A model generated the notes under the pieces. The model did no database searches, was not told the origin of the DNA, and was given only the letters and a program-made list of their open reading frames with translations. Shown in pieces: positions 38,557 through 48,724 of a stretch of DNA of 64,000 nucleotides; positions within the stretch are counted from its first letter, which is position 1; every line of letters starts with the position of its first letter. Location of the stretch: NCBI GenBank assembly GCA_963665125.2, contig CAXXUK010000001.1:1760001-1824000 (forward strand), read 5' to 3'. Origin of the DNA: an uncultured Desulfarculus sp. (GTDB lineage Bacteria; Desulfobacterota; Desulfarculia; Desulfarculales; Desulfarculaceae). The position numbers and the translations under genes are program-made.

Positions 38557-40293
38557 ATGCCCGGCATCTACAGTATGATGGACATATCCCGCTGGGCGCT
38601 CAATTCGTGCACCGACCAGCTCAACGTCATCAGCCACAACGTGGCCAATGTCAACACCGAGGGGTATTCCAGGCAGTCGGCGGTTTTGGCCACGCGTACT
38701 CCGGAGCTCACCGGATCGGGCGCCTATGGTCATGGCGTCGAGACCACCACGGTGATCCAGTATGCCGATTCGCTGCTCAGCGAGAGGCTGACCTCCAAAA
38801 AATCCGACTTGTTATACTATGATGCCCGGACATCGCAGCTCAAGCGGCTGGAAGCACTGGCCAACGAGGCCGGAGAAACAGGTCTGGGCAACGAGCTTAC
38901 CAACTTCTTCAACTCCTGGCAGGATCTGAGCAACAATCCAACGTCGTCGGCGGTGCGCAACTCCCTGCTGGAAACCTCCAACAACCTGGTGGAGCGTTTC
39001 CATTCCATAACCACCGACATGCTGGCAGTGCAGCGCGACATCGACGGCTACATCAAGGACGCCGTGGGCCAGGTCAACACGATCTGCCGCAGTATCGCCG
39101 AGTTGAACAACAAAATCCAGCAGATGGAGATAACCGGCCACACGGCCAACGACTACCGCGACGAACGCCAGAGGCAGCTCAGCAAGCTGTCGGGCCTGAT
39201 GAATATCGACTGGTACGAAGACAATAAGGGCGCGGTGAGCGTACAGACCACCAGCGGCAAGACCCTGGTTCAAAACAGCTACCCCAGCAGCACCGACCCG
39301 GATCCCTTGAACTATGAGTCCAAGGCCGACGAGGGCTACAAGTGGAACCAGATCACCTGGTCTGACAGTGGCCTGACCATGGACTACACCGAGATCACCG
39401 GCGGTCAGATCGGCGCTTGGTTGCAGGTCCGCGACGAAGACATCGAGGAAATGCTCGACTATATGAACGAGCTTGCCGAGGGCGTCATCTATGAAACCAA
39501 CAAGGTCCACTCCTCCGGCGCGGGCCTGGACCTGTTCAGCAGCGTAACGGGCACCTACACGGCCGAGGATTCGTCGGCCGCGCTCAACGCAACGGTGAAC
39601 GGTGAGGAGAACCTTTCTTTTGGCGACAAAATCGTCAGCGGATCGTTCGACATCTGGGTTTACCAGTCAGGCACCCGGACCAAGACAACCATCAATATCG
39701 ACCCCACCGATTCGCTGGATGACGTTGTCTCGGCCATCAACTCGGTCACCGGGTTGACCGCCTCGGTTTCTTCGCTGGGCGCACTATCGATACACGCCGA
39801 TGAAGGCGTGGAGTTCGGATTCGCCAATGACACCAGCAACGCCTTGGCCGCCTTGGGCGTGAACACCTATTTCTCGGGTGACACGGCCACGAGCATCGCG
39901 GTCAACAGCGTCCTCTCAAATGACGTGCGCAAGATCTGCGCCGGGGTCCTGTCCGAGGACGGTTCCCACTCCGAGGGCAGCAACACCTGCGCCCTGGATA
40001 TCGCCGACCTCAAGGACGCCGACACCATGACCGACAACACCGAGACATTCAACGAGTCTTTGATATCCTGGGCGGCGAGCCTGGGTACGGTCATCGAGCA
40101 CAGCGAAGACAACTACGCCTTTGCCGAAGAAACCATGACCCAGCTCAACAATCTGCGCGACTCGGTTTCCGGAGTCAACACGGACGAGGAAATGGTCAAG
40201 ATGATCCAGTACCAGCGCGCCTATCAGATGGCGGCCCAGATGATAAAGGTCAGTGACGAACTGTTACAAACATTGCTCCAGACCGGTGCGTGA
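38557..40293 (+). CDS. flgK: Hook-associated protein FlgK
   Basis: SHNVANVNTEGYSRQ; SGVNTDEEMVKMIQYQRAYQ. Confidence 0.96.
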   Translation: MPGIYSMMDISRWALNSCTDQLNVISHNVANVNTEGYSRQSAVLATRTPELTGSGAYGHGVETTTVIQYADSLLSERLTSKKSDLLYYDARTSQLKRLEALANEAGETGLGNELTNFFNSWQDLSNNPTSSAVRNSLLETSNNLVERFHSITTDMLAVQRDIDGYIKDAVGQVNTICRSIAELNNKIQQMEITGHTANDYRDERQRQLSKLSGLMNIDWYEDNKGAVSVQTTSGKTLVQNSYPSSTDPDPLNYESKADEGYKWNQITWSDSGLTMDYTEITGGQIGAWLQVRDEDIEEMLDYMNELAEGVIYETNKVHSSGAGLDLFSSVTGTYTAEDSSAALNATVNGEENLSFGDKIVSGSFDIWVYQSGTRTKTTINIDPTDSLDDVVSAINSVTGLTASVSSLGALSIHADEGVEFGFANDTSNALAALGVNTYFSGDTATSIAVNSVLSNDVRKICAGVLSEDGSHSEGSNTCALDIADLKDADTMTDNTETFNESLISWAASLGTVIEHSEDNYAFAEETMTQLNNLRDSVSGVNTDEEMVKMIQYQRAYQMAAQMIKVSDELLQTLLQTGA

Positions 40294-40301
40294 GGTAACT
40301 G

Positions 40302-42119
40302 ATGCGCGTTAGTCAGATGACATTCTACCGGATCACCTCCCAGCAGGTCAGCCGGTATCAGAGCGAATTGGCCAAGCTCAACGAACAGATCGCCACCCAA
40401 AAGCAGATCAACAGGCCCAGCGACAATGCGATAAACACCATCACCGTCTACAACTCGCACGTCCAACAGACGGACATCACCCAATACTTCACCAACCTGG
40501 ATCACGCCCAGAGTTGGCTGGAGCAGGCTGACAGCGATTTCGGCAATATGACCGACGTTATGACCCAAGTCCGAGCCCTGGCTGAACAGATGGCCACCGG
40601 CACCATGGACGCGGCCAACCGTCAAATCGCCGGAAACACGGCATTCGATTACATTAGCGATTTTATCCAGTTCGCCAACTCGGAGATAGCGGGCAGCCAC
40701 ATCTATTCGGGCTCCGCGACAGCGAGTTCAGCCTTGCAACAGGAACTCAAAGTCGACGACATGGCCACCGCTTCCACGACGAACACGGGCAGCGGATCGA
40801 TATACGGTATGGGCACCTATGAAGGGTTCATGAGCCGGACCATCACCCTGGAGGCCACGGCCACGCCAAATGAATTCAATGTCAGCTACGTGGACGACTA
40901 TGGCCGCGCCAGAACAGGCACGGTCACTTTGGCCGCCAGCGGAGCAGGCAATGCGGTGGAAATCTGCGACGGCGTGGAGATATACATCGACGCGGGCAGT
41001 TTTTCCGCCGGCGACACCTACACCCTGAACGTGGGCAGGCAAACCGGAAACACCGACGACCTCTACGCCAACTTGTCCTGGGACAACCGCCTGCGCTACA
41101 ACTACACGCCCGACGAATTTTACGGAGAAGAGGGCAACGACGGTTCAGGCTGGAACAATATATTGGATATATTGGCTAATTGGTCGTATTATCTTTCCCT
41201 GGACGGCCAGGAGCACGATTATTTCGAAGCGGTTCCCAACGTAAACAACGACCCCACCCATTCAGGCAATTTTCAGGTCTCCGGTGATTGGGACACTTTG
41301 GAGGCGCTGGAATATCAGTTCAACATAGGCGGCCCGATCCAAAGCGACGCCTCGGCCGCCGACAGGGCCCACTTCACGGATTTCTCGGTGGACGCCAGTT
41401 GGTCGGGCGGCAAACCCAGCGCCAGCAACCCCATGATCATCAACTACACCTATGACGGTGCATTCGGCGGCGTGCCCGCGGGCAACTACCAGATCACCAT
41501 CACCGGCACCGGGCCGGACGCCAGCTTTGCCCTTTGCGACGGCGGGGTGGATATCACCTTGGCAGAAGCGGCCTATTACAACACGGATCCAACCTGGCAG
41601 CTGACCTCGGCTTATGATGACAGCCAACCGCCCAGCGCCACCAACCCCATGGAGGTCACCTACACGTATCTGGATGATTTTGGCGTACGCCAAAAGGCCA
41701 CGGCCACATTTACCGGCACCGGCGACGATACGACCATCTCCCTGGAGCCCTCCGGCAACGGAATAACCGTTTCCCTCAGTGAAGACGGCACGTTCGGCTT
41801 GTTCGACAGATGGGATCTGACCCTGCAGCAATACAATCAGGGCCAATCACGCAGCCAAGAGGCGATAGAGGAACTTGAGCAAGCCATGAACAACCTGTTA
41901 AAATACCGCGCAGATGCCGGTGCGAAGCTCAATCGCCTGGATGTACGCACCAACTTCTTTACCGATGATGAACTGCGCATAGAGGGGCGCTTCTCCAGAC
42001 TCGAAGATCTGGATGTAGCCACGGCCACGGCTGAATGGAACATACAGATGACCATGTATGAGGCAGCCTTGCAAGCAACAGCTATGGTTTCCAGCGTCTC
42101 TCTGGCAAATTACATTTAG
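40302..42119 (+). CDS. flgL: Hook-associated protein FlgL (605 aa, enlarged)
   Basis: MRVS...QIATQKQINRPSD; GAKLNRL...EDLD...YEAAL...SLANYI. Confidence 0.92.
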   Translation: MRVSQMTFYRITSQQVSRYQSELAKLNEQIATQKQINRPSDNAINTITVYNSHVQQTDITQYFTNLDHAQSWLEQADSDFGNMTDVMTQVRALAEQMATGTMDAANRQIAGNTAFDYISDFIQFANSEIAGSHIYSGSATASSALQQELKVDDMATASTTNTGSGSIYGMGTYEGFMSRTITLEATATPNEFNVSYVDDYGRARTGTVTLAASGAGNAVEICDGVEIYIDAGSFSAGDTYTLNVGRQTGNTDDLYANLSWDNRLRYNYTPDEFYGEEGNDGSGWNNILDILANWSYYLSLDGQEHDYFEAVPNVNNDPTHSGNFQVSGDWDTLEALEYQFNIGGPIQSDASAADRAHFTDFSVDASWSGGKPSASNPMIINYTYDGAFGGVPAGNYQITITGTGPDASFALCDGGVDITLAEAAYYNTDPTWQLTSAYDDSQPPSATNPMEVTYTYLDDFGVRQKATATFTGTGDDTTISLEPSGNGITVSLSEDGTFGLFDRWDLTLQQYNQGQSRSQEAIEELEQAMNNLLKYRADAGAKLNRLDVRTNFFTDDELRIEGRFSRLEDLDVATATAEWNIQMTMYEAALQATAMVSSVSLANYI

Positions 42120-42177
42120 CGGCCGGGGCAATGTTTTTTCATGCTGCGGTTGTTCGACTAACCCAAGGATTGATTAG

Positions 42178-42420
42178 TTGCTGATACTCACCCGCAAGGT
42201 CGGACAAAGCATCACCATTGGTGACGGATCGGTCACTGTCAGCGTGATGGAAATCAAGGGCCGCCAGGTCAGGCTGGGCATAGACGCTCCGGCGGATACG
42301 CCTATCCATCGCCAGGAGATTTTTCAAAAAATCGTGGAAGCTAACAAGGAATCGGCCGCGGCCGCGGCTGACGATCTCGATCTGATCAGCTCCTTGTTGA
42401 GCGGGGAGGACGGCAAATGA
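42178..42420 (+). CDS. csrA: Carbon storage regulator CsrA
   Basis: MLILTRKVGQSITIG...VRLGIDAP...IHRQEI plus C-terminal helix; TTG start. Confidence 0.95.
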   Translation: MLILTRKVGQSITIGDGSVTVSVMEIKGRQVRLGIDAPADTPIHRQEIFQKIVEANKESAAAAADDLDLISSLLSGEDGK

Positions 42421-42875
42421 GCGCCGACAAGCCCGCCCCCAAGCTGCTGAAGGTTCAAACCAGCCGGTTCGGTGAGATAAGCGTGCCGACCGAGGAAATA
42501 CTTACCATGCCTTTGGGCATGGTTGGGTTCCCGGGTCTGCGCCGGTTTGTGCTGATCAGGCACCGCGACAACTCCCCGTTCCAGTGGCTGCAAAGCCTGG
42601 ACTCCCCCGATGTCGCCTTTGTCGTGGTCAGCCCCCTGCTGTTCGACAGGCAATACAATATCCATATCGGATCAGCGGAAATGAAGCTGCTGGAACTGGA
42701 CAACCCGGAAAATGCCCAGATTTTCGTGGTGGTCAACATCCCCCACGGTCAACCGGAAAAGATGACGGCCAACTTGAGGGCGCCGGTGGTGATAAACATT
42801 GGCAACAGACTGGCCACGCAAATCGTGATGGAAAACTCAGACTACGATATGCGCCAGCCACTGAAAAAGGAATAA
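42417..42875 (+). CDS. fliW: Flagellar assembly factor FliW
   Basis: TSRFG, WLQSLD, MTANLRAPVVIN. Confidence 0.95.
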   Translation: MSADKPAPKLLKVQTSRFGEISVPTEEILTMPLGMVGFPGLRRFVLIRHRDNSPFQWLQSLDSPDVAFVVVSPLLFDRQYNIHIGSAEMKLLELDNPENAQIFVVVNIPHGQPEKMTANLRAPVVINIGNRLATQIVMENSDYDMRQPLKKE

Positions 42876-42910
42876 CCTAGCGAAAGGCAACATCTTTACA
42901 GTGTGGCAAT

Positions 42911-42943
42911 AAAAAAACGCACCGGCCCCCCGGCCGGTGCGTT
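42911..42943 (-). terminator. Intrinsic terminator of the flgM operon (possibly bidirectional)
   Basis: AACGCACCGGCC-cccc-GGCCGGTGCGTT with a T-tract on the minus strand. Confidence 0.75.
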
Positions 42944-42970
42944 CTGGTTCGGATCAGTCTTAAAGCAGCA

Positions 42971-43288
42971 TCAGACCAATTCGCCAAGGAAGTCAACGAT
43001 CATACGGTGGGCCACCTTTTCCGCGTCCACGTGATACTCGTTGTTGGCCACCTGACGCTTGAGCTCCTCCACCTTTTGACGCCGCAAATCAGACGTAGCA
43101 GTGGCAATCTCGTTTGCCTTGGCCATGTTCCGGCTGCGCTCGGAAAGGGCCACCGTGTCTTCTGCTACAGAGTTGGCTTCCGCACCAGACGCACTGATGG
43201 CCTTTGAAGCGCCCTTCTTGGTCCGGGAGGTGGTCTCCCGCGCCTCCAGCGCCTTGTCTCTTATGCCTAGTGTGTCCTTAACCTGCAT
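42971..43288 (-). CDS. flgM: Anti-sigma28 factor FlgM
   Basis: DTVALS...RRQKVEELKRQVANNEYHVDAEKVA. Confidence 0.9.
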   Translation of the reverse strand: MQVKDTLGIRDKALEARETTSRTKKGASKAISASGAEANSVAEDTVALSERSRNMAKANEIATATSDLRRQKVEELKRQVANNEYHVDAEKVAHRMIVDFLGELV

Positions 43289-43304
43289 TTCAAGCCTTCC
43301 GGTT

Positions 43305-43748
43305 CTAAGAAAGCATATTCTCGTCGATTATATCCTGGGTAATCCCATACAGCCTGTCCTGAAGTTTGGCCGACTCCTCGGGCGATAGTTCCTTGACCAC
43401 TTCGCCGCTTTGCTCATCCAGAACATTGAACATTATCTGCCCTGTCTGCTCGTTCTGGTATGTACCCAAAGGCTGACCGTATTCATCGGAGAGCCGCTTC
43501 AGCGCTGTTTCCTCCACGCCGCCCCAAGACTCTTTCAAGCCGGGTAGGCGAGCACCTATGTTGGAGACGATTTCCGACGTAATCTTTTCTATCACCTGCT
43601 TCCGACGCGCTTCGATGCTCAGGTTCACCCGGTCGGACTGTGTGGGTTCCACACTGCTGGCCTTGGCGCGGGCCAGTCTTTGTCCACGGCTGAGTTGCCT
43701 GGCGTAAGTGCGCAGAATATTCTGTACTTGGTACGAGGTGATAGTCAT
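43305..43748 (-). CDS. FlgM-associated conserved protein (DVU0524-like)
   Basis: ILRTYARQL...DRVNLSIEARRKQVIEKITSEIV; directly upstream of flgM. Confidence 0.72.
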   Translation of the reverse strand: MTITSYQVQNILRTYARQLSRGQRLARAKASSVEPTQSDRVNLSIEARRKQVIEKITSEIVSNIGARLPGLKESWGGVEETALKRLSDEYGQPLGTYQNEQTGQIMFNVLDEQSGEVVKELSPEESAKLQDRLYGITQDIIDENMLS

Positions 43749-43772
43749 CGTCTATAAAACCCTCCATACATT

Positions 43773-43800
43773 TTATCGGCAGAAGGTATCTCAAACTTTA
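43773..43800 (-). promoter_or_regulatory. sigma28 promoter for the DVU0524-like/flgM operon
   Basis: Minus strand TAAAGTTT-N12-GCCGATAA. Confidence 0.85.
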
Positions 43801-43960
43801 TCTTTTTTTTCATCACCGGTCAATTTATCTCCATCAGACATAAAGCTTGCGTCCAGGCAGGTCTGAAGGTATATTTTTATTGTTAACTCAGTACGTTATA
43901 TTCTATACCATACTTCTTGTTTCAACATCCACGGTATAGAAGAAAATTAGTGGGCAAACC

Positions 43961-44329
43961 ATGAGCAACGATTCGACAAAAGCGGTGACCACACGCAGTT
44001 TTACGTTGCGAACACCACTATTTTCAGTCGGTTACACGTGGCGCCAGGAAGAAGCGGACCTTACTCCGGACCAAGTATCCAGGCAAACACGGTGTGATTC
44101 AATATCCGAAGGCCCGGCAAAAGAAACCGCCTACATACCCACCGACACCGCCGGCGAGGCCAAGCGCAGGCAGCAGATCATGCGTCTTTTCGATCCCCAG
44201 ACGCCGAGTCAGGATGCCCATTCCGCATCGGGGCGTCAAAAATCCGCCGTTCAGGTCAGCCCGCGCCAAGCCTGCGATTGTTATCAACAGACCACGGACA
44301 ATTACCGGGACCGCTTTCACCGCAGCTGA
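43961..44329 (+). CDS. Hypothetical protein
   Basis: ATG ORF of 122 aa filling the gap divergent from the flgM operon; no recognised motif. Confidence 0.45.
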   Translation: MSNDSTKAVTTRSFTLRTPLFSVGYTWRQEEADLTPDQVSRQTRCDSISEGPAKETAYIPTDTAGEAKRRQQIMRLFDPQTPSQDAHSASGRQKSAVQVSPRQACDCYQQTTDNYRDRFHRS

Positions 44330-44442
44330 TCGAAACATTCCCGGCATGCGGGAAATAATTGCCACGTTTTTCACGCACATAGAAACACCCAGCCAACAAA
44401 TTGATTTTGCAAGATAATTAGCCCTACCAGATGCGCCAGCCA

Positions 44443-44458
44443 TGGCACGATGATTGCT
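44443..44458 (+). promoter_or_regulatory. sigma54 promoter for the glycosyltransferase operon
   Basis: TGGCACGATGATTGCT, near-perfect consensus. Confidence 0.85.
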
Positions 44459-44500
44459 TATTAGTAAGCAAAGTGTGTTCTCTATGGGAGACGATCGGTT

Positions 44501-46060
44501 TTGCGAATTCTATTATTGGGCAGTTTCGACTTTGCGGGCCATATCGACGCGCTGGGCCACGACGTGTTTACCTGCGGCCCGGACTCCACTTCGGACCTGT
44601 GCCTGATGGATCAGGATCCAGACTGGCGGACAATTGCAAAAGAGGCCCAAAAGCAAGGCTTGAATTTCGACGCTGTCGTGGTCTGCGATAATGTCGGCCG
44701 GCGCTGTCTGCCAACGGGCATGGCCGATTGCCCTGCCGTTACGGCATTCTATGGAATCGACGCTCCCTTGAACGAATTTTGGCAAAAGCCCTACTCCCGT
44801 TTGTTTGATGTCGCCCTTTTTGATCAGCCCGAACAGTCAGACGCCCTTTTTGAAATCCACCGCAATGTCCACTGGCTGCCCCTGGGCGTCGATCCGGAGA
44901 AGTATACCGGACCCGCGCCCCAAACCTTCAAGCCCGGTGTTGCCTTTGTCGGGGTGGTCAACCCGGCCGTGCGGCCCAAGCGCTCGGCCCTCTTGGATCG
45001 CATCAGCCGCATCGCTACCCTGGAGATCCGGGGCGGGCGCCAGGGCCAGTGGTTTTCCACCAAAGACGCGGCGGCCATGTACCGCGCCTATCAGGTCGTA
45101 CTGAACGAAAATCTTTTCCCCGGTTTCACCACAAGGCCCCTTGAGGTCATGGCCGCGGGCGGGTTTTTGCTCAGCGAAGGCGCTCCTCCGGCAATGACGC
45201 GGCATTTCAAAGAGTTTGAGCATTTACTTTATTTCAATCCTGACAATCTTGAGCAGCGGCTCGAGTTGGCCCTTTCCGATTCGGCCTTGCGGGCCGCCCT
45301 GATCCAAAGCGGCAAACAGGCCGTTATTGAAAACCACACCCTGGCCCATCGGGCGGCGGAAATTGCCGGGCTCCTTGAAGCCGCCCTGAACATGCCGCGC
45401 CAAAGGCCGAACGCCGCCCTGGCCCTGCGCCTGGAGGGCGAAGCCATGATGTGGGCGGCCTTGCGCTGGCCCGGCAAGGGCGGTAAACGCCGTCTGCTGC
45501 GGGCCGCCGGACGCCTCCGCCAGGCAGCGGACATTGATCATGATACGCCTGATTCATTGGCAAACAGCGCAATGGCCCTTGCCGCCCTGGGCAGGAACGC
45601 CCAGTCTTTGCCGTTGCTTTTAAGGGCTGCCGAAAGCGGTGGACAGAGGCTGTCGCTGCAACTGGCCATCACCGCCGCGTCGCTGGGCCGGGGCGATGTC
45701 CTCCGGCAAGTGGCGGCCCAATGGCAAAACGGGTTGTCCGGCCTGTCCAAAGGCCCCGGTCGAGCCGAGTTTCATCTGGCGGCGGCCAAGCTATTGTTGA
45801 ACGAAGGCGCCGACCTGACGCCGGGGTTCAACCGCACTGCCCTACCTCAACAAGCCTGGAACGCATTCGAGCATTTGATCGAAGCCGCAAAACTGGACGG
45901 CAGCCTGACCCGGGCCTTTGAAATGGCCGGCGGCATCCTGCTCAGGCGCGGGGCTCCCAACGAGGCCCACGTCATGTTTGCCAGGGCCTGCGCTCTGGAG
46001 GCCTCCGACAGGCTCCAGGAAAAACTGCGGCGGGCCGCCAAGGAGGGCTACCTGTGCTGA
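44501..46060 (+). CDS. CgeB-like GT-B glycosyltransferase with TPR-like C-terminus
   Basis: WLPLGVDP, VAFVG, VVLNE...TRPLEVMAAGGFLLS, HTLAHRA. Confidence 0.8.
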   Translation: MRILLLGSFDFAGHIDALGHDVFTCGPDSTSDLCLMDQDPDWRTIAKEAQKQGLNFDAVVVCDNVGRRCLPTGMADCPAVTAFYGIDAPLNEFWQKPYSRLFDVALFDQPEQSDALFEIHRNVHWLPLGVDPEKYTGPAPQTFKPGVAFVGVVNPAVRPKRSALLDRISRIATLEIRGGRQGQWFSTKDAAAMYRAYQVVLNENLFPGFTTRPLEVMAAGGFLLSEGAPPAMTRHFKEFEHLLYFNPDNLEQRLELALSDSALRAALIQSGKQAVIENHTLAHRAAEIAGLLEAALNMPRQRPNAALALRLEGEAMMWAALRWPGKGGKRRLLRAAGRLRQAADIDHDTPDSLANSAMALAALGRNAQSLPLLLRAAESGGQRLSLQLAITAASLGRGDVLRQVAAQWQNGLSGLSKGPGRAEFHLAAAKLLLNEGADLTPGFNRTALPQQAWNAFEHLIEAAKLDGSLTRAFEMAGGILLRRGAPNEAHVMFARACALEASDRLQEKLRRAAKEGYLC

Positions 46061-47550
46061 GCCCTACTCGCCATAACCCTGGCCGTGACCTCGACGCAGG
46101 TCTGGAAAGCGCCATGCGCCAGGCCAGAAACGATGTGGGACGCCTGTTGGCTCAAGCCAAACCGGATGACATGATCATTGTGCTGGGGCTGGGTTCGGGC
46201 TGCCATGTCAAGGCCATCCTGGAACACGGGGCGGGAGTGCGGCTCACGGTCTTTGATCCAAATCAAGGCCGGCGCAGCATTGCGCCTCAGTTGGCCGACG
46301 AACTGGCGACGCTGGTTATCTGCCGCGATTTCAACCAGCTTACCGAGGAGCTTGCCGCCCAAACGGTATATGGCCCAGGCGGCCGGGTGGCGGTTTTTCC
46401 CACGCCGGGCCATGAGCAAACCATGCCCGGCCAGTTGCAGGCCGTTCGCAAACTGGTTGGCGAAGTCATGGGCCGGGCCAGGGTCGATTCCCGCACCAGG
46501 CTGCAAAAAAACGATTTATGGGCCAGCTATGTGGCTGAAAACACGGGCGCCGTCATGGCCGGCCCGGAGGTTTCCGCCTGGCGGGGCATCTTGGCCGGAG
46601 TCCCCGCCCTGATCATCGGCGCGGGTCCGTCTCTGACCGAGAGCCTGCCGCAGATTAGCACCTGCCAAGACCGGATGCTGCTGATGGGCGCGGCCTCGAT
46701 CCTGGGCCCCCTGGACAAGGCCCGGCTAACGCCGCATTGCGTCACGGCCCTGGAGGCCAAGGACGAATCACGCCAGTTCGTGGGCCAGGAAAGGAAAAAG
46801 GTCCTGCTGGCAGCGGCTTCCAATTCCCATCCAAACCATTTCCGGCTCTGGCCAGGACTTACCGGACACTTTCATCTTCTGCCCTGGGTGGCCCAGGCCT
46901 TTGGCGGCACGGCCCTGCCCAACGGCGGCCACGCCACCAGCGCCGCGTTCACCCTGGCCCTGCTGTGGGGATGCGATCCCATCATCCTTGTGGGCCAGGA
47001 TTTGGCCTACACCGGCGGCATGGTCCACGCCGCTGGCCGGGTGGGCGGCGAGGACGATGGAGTGCGCCAACAGGTGGCAGTTCCGGCAATCGGCGGCGGC
47101 ACGGTGATGACCTCGTCGGTGTTCCACAGCTACCTCAGCTGGTATCAGGAATCCATGGGCTACCTGGCACGGTCGGGCAATGGCACACGGGTCATCAATT
47201 GCACCACCAAGGGCGCGCTGATACCGGGAATGGTCCATATGCCCCTTGAGCAGGCCATAAATCAATGCCCGGACGTAACCATTTCCCATGATGATGTGAA
47301 TACCATATATAGGCGCTCCCCCAAACCAAGGCGCAAGGCCGTGATCAAGGGCCTCGCGGCGGCATCCGAACAAGTCGCTCGGGCCATAAAGGCCGGACCA
47401 ACGGCTGCCGTGCGAAGTGCGCGGCCGGGTTCGGCGGTGGCCTATGCCGCCGAAGGCCTGGCTCACACAGACCTGGCGGACCTGTTGCCCGGCAAACTGG
47501 AGCATTTACTTGAATTTATCAAAAAGGCCGAAGGAGCGCTGAATGACTGA
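46054..47550 (+). CDS. Maf-type (DUF115 / MAF_flag10) motility accessory factor
   Basis: IIVLGLGSG, ALIIGAGPSL, GCDPIILVGQDLAY, VINCTTKGALIPG. Confidence 0.85.
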   Translation: MLSPTRHNPGRDLDAGLESAMRQARNDVGRLLAQAKPDDMIIVLGLGSGCHVKAILEHGAGVRLTVFDPNQGRRSIAPQLADELATLVICRDFNQLTEELAAQTVYGPGGRVAVFPTPGHEQTMPGQLQAVRKLVGEVMGRARVDSRTRLQKNDLWASYVAENTGAVMAGPEVSAWRGILAGVPALIIGAGPSLTESLPQISTCQDRMLLMGAASILGPLDKARLTPHCVTALEAKDESRQFVGQERKKVLLAAASNSHPNHFRLWPGLTGHFHLLPWVAQAFGGTALPNGGHATSAAFTLALLWGCDPIILVGQDLAYTGGMVHAAGRVGGEDDGVRQQVAVPAIGGGTVMTSSVFHSYLSWYQESMGYLARSGNGTRVINCTTKGALIPGMVHMPLEQAINQCPDVTISHDDVNTIYRRSPKPRRKAVIKGLAAASEQVARAIKAGPTAAVRSARPGSAVAYAAEGLAHTDLADLLPGKLEHLLEFIKKAEGALND

Positions 47551-48724
47551 GCCTACCCTGGGCCTGATCATGATCATCAAAGACGAGGCGGCAAACCTGC
47601 CCCGGTCCCTGCTGCCCGTGGCGCGGTGCTTTGATGAAATCGTGGTGGTCGACAGCGGCTCCACCGACGAATCGCGGCAAATCTGCCGCGACGCCGGGGC
47701 CAGGGTGTATGACTTTACCTGGTGCGACGACTTCGCCGCCGCACGCAACCATTCCATAGCCCAGGCCAACGCCGACTGGCTCCTCTGGCTCGACGGCGAC
47801 AACGCCACCGAGCCCCGCATGATCGACAATCTACGGCGCACCCTGCCCCGCACCGGTCCGGGGGTGATCTGGGGCCTGGAGCAGGTGATCCCCTCCGGTG
47901 AAAAACTCTGGCAAAAGCGCTGTTTTGCCCGACGACCGGACGTGCGTTTCCAGGGACGGGTGCACGAGCAGTTGATCCACCCGCCGGATTGGCCCCTGTT
48001 GACCAGCGCCATGATAATCCGCCATTGGGGTTATGACGATCCCACGACCGTGCGGCGCAAGGGCCAGTATTACGCCGGGCTGCTGCAAAAAAACCTGGCC
48101 GAGGACCCGGACGATTTTTACAGCCATTTCCAGATCGCCCGTTGTTACCACAACCTGCGCCGCACGGAGTTGGCCGAACGGCACCTCATGGCGCTGGTGG
48201 GCAACGAGCAGGCACCCCGGCTGAATTTCGGCCTGTGGGTCAGCGGACACATGATGCTGGCCAGACTATTAGAACTAGGCGGCCGGGCTAATGAAGCCCT
48301 GGCCCTGCTGGACGGCTTTTTATCGGCCCATGGCCCGTCGAGCCTGATCCTCTACCAAAAGGGACGGCTCTTGTACGGCGCCGGCCTCTGGGCCCAGGCG
48401 GCCAAGGCCCTTGGCGAGGCCATCGATCTGGGGCTGAACGCGCCTTTCATAGACAACGATCCGGACAAGACCACCGGCCTTGCCCATTTTTATCTAGGCC
48501 GCTGCCTGGCCAAACTGGATCAGATCGATTCCGCGGCCCGGCACCTGCAAAAGGCCGCGGCCCTTGACCCGGCCAACCAGGCCGCGCCTTTGGAACTGGC
48601 CCGGCTGCTCATGGACACGGGCCACCGTGGCGACGCCACCCGCGTCTTGAACCATATCCTGGCCCGGCGGCCGGGAGACCGCAGCGCCCTGCGGCTGCTG
48701 AAACAATGCGGAGTTGCCGCATGA
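47543..48724 (+). CDS. GT2 glycosyltransferase with TPR repeats
   Basis: MIIKDEAANL, VDSGSTDES, DDFAAARN, WLDGD, VHEQL, HWGY, then TPRs. Confidence 0.88.
   Translation: MTEPTLGLIMIIKDEAANLPRSLLPVARCFDEIVVVDSGSTDESRQICRDAGARVYDFTWCDDFAAARNHSIAQANADWLLWLDGDNATEPRMIDNLRRTLPRTGPGVIWGLEQVIPSGEKLWQKRCFARRPDVRFQGRVHEQLIHPPDWPLLTSAMIIRHWGYDDPTTVRRKGQYYAGLLQKNLAEDPDDFYSHFQIARCYHNLRRTELAERHLMALVGNEQAPRLNFGLWVSGHMMLARLLELGGRANEALALLDGFLSAHGPSSLILYQKGRLLYGAGLWAQAAKALGEAIDLGLNAPFIDNDPDKTTGLAHFYLGRCLAKLDQIDSAARHLQKAAALDPANQAAPLELARLLMDTGHRGDATRVLNHILARRPGDRSALRLLKQCGVAA

Noticed and set aside
11290..42875. Missing flgB, flgC and fliE-J as evidence of a defective flagellum
   Set aside because: These genes commonly form a separate operon and probably lie outside the window.
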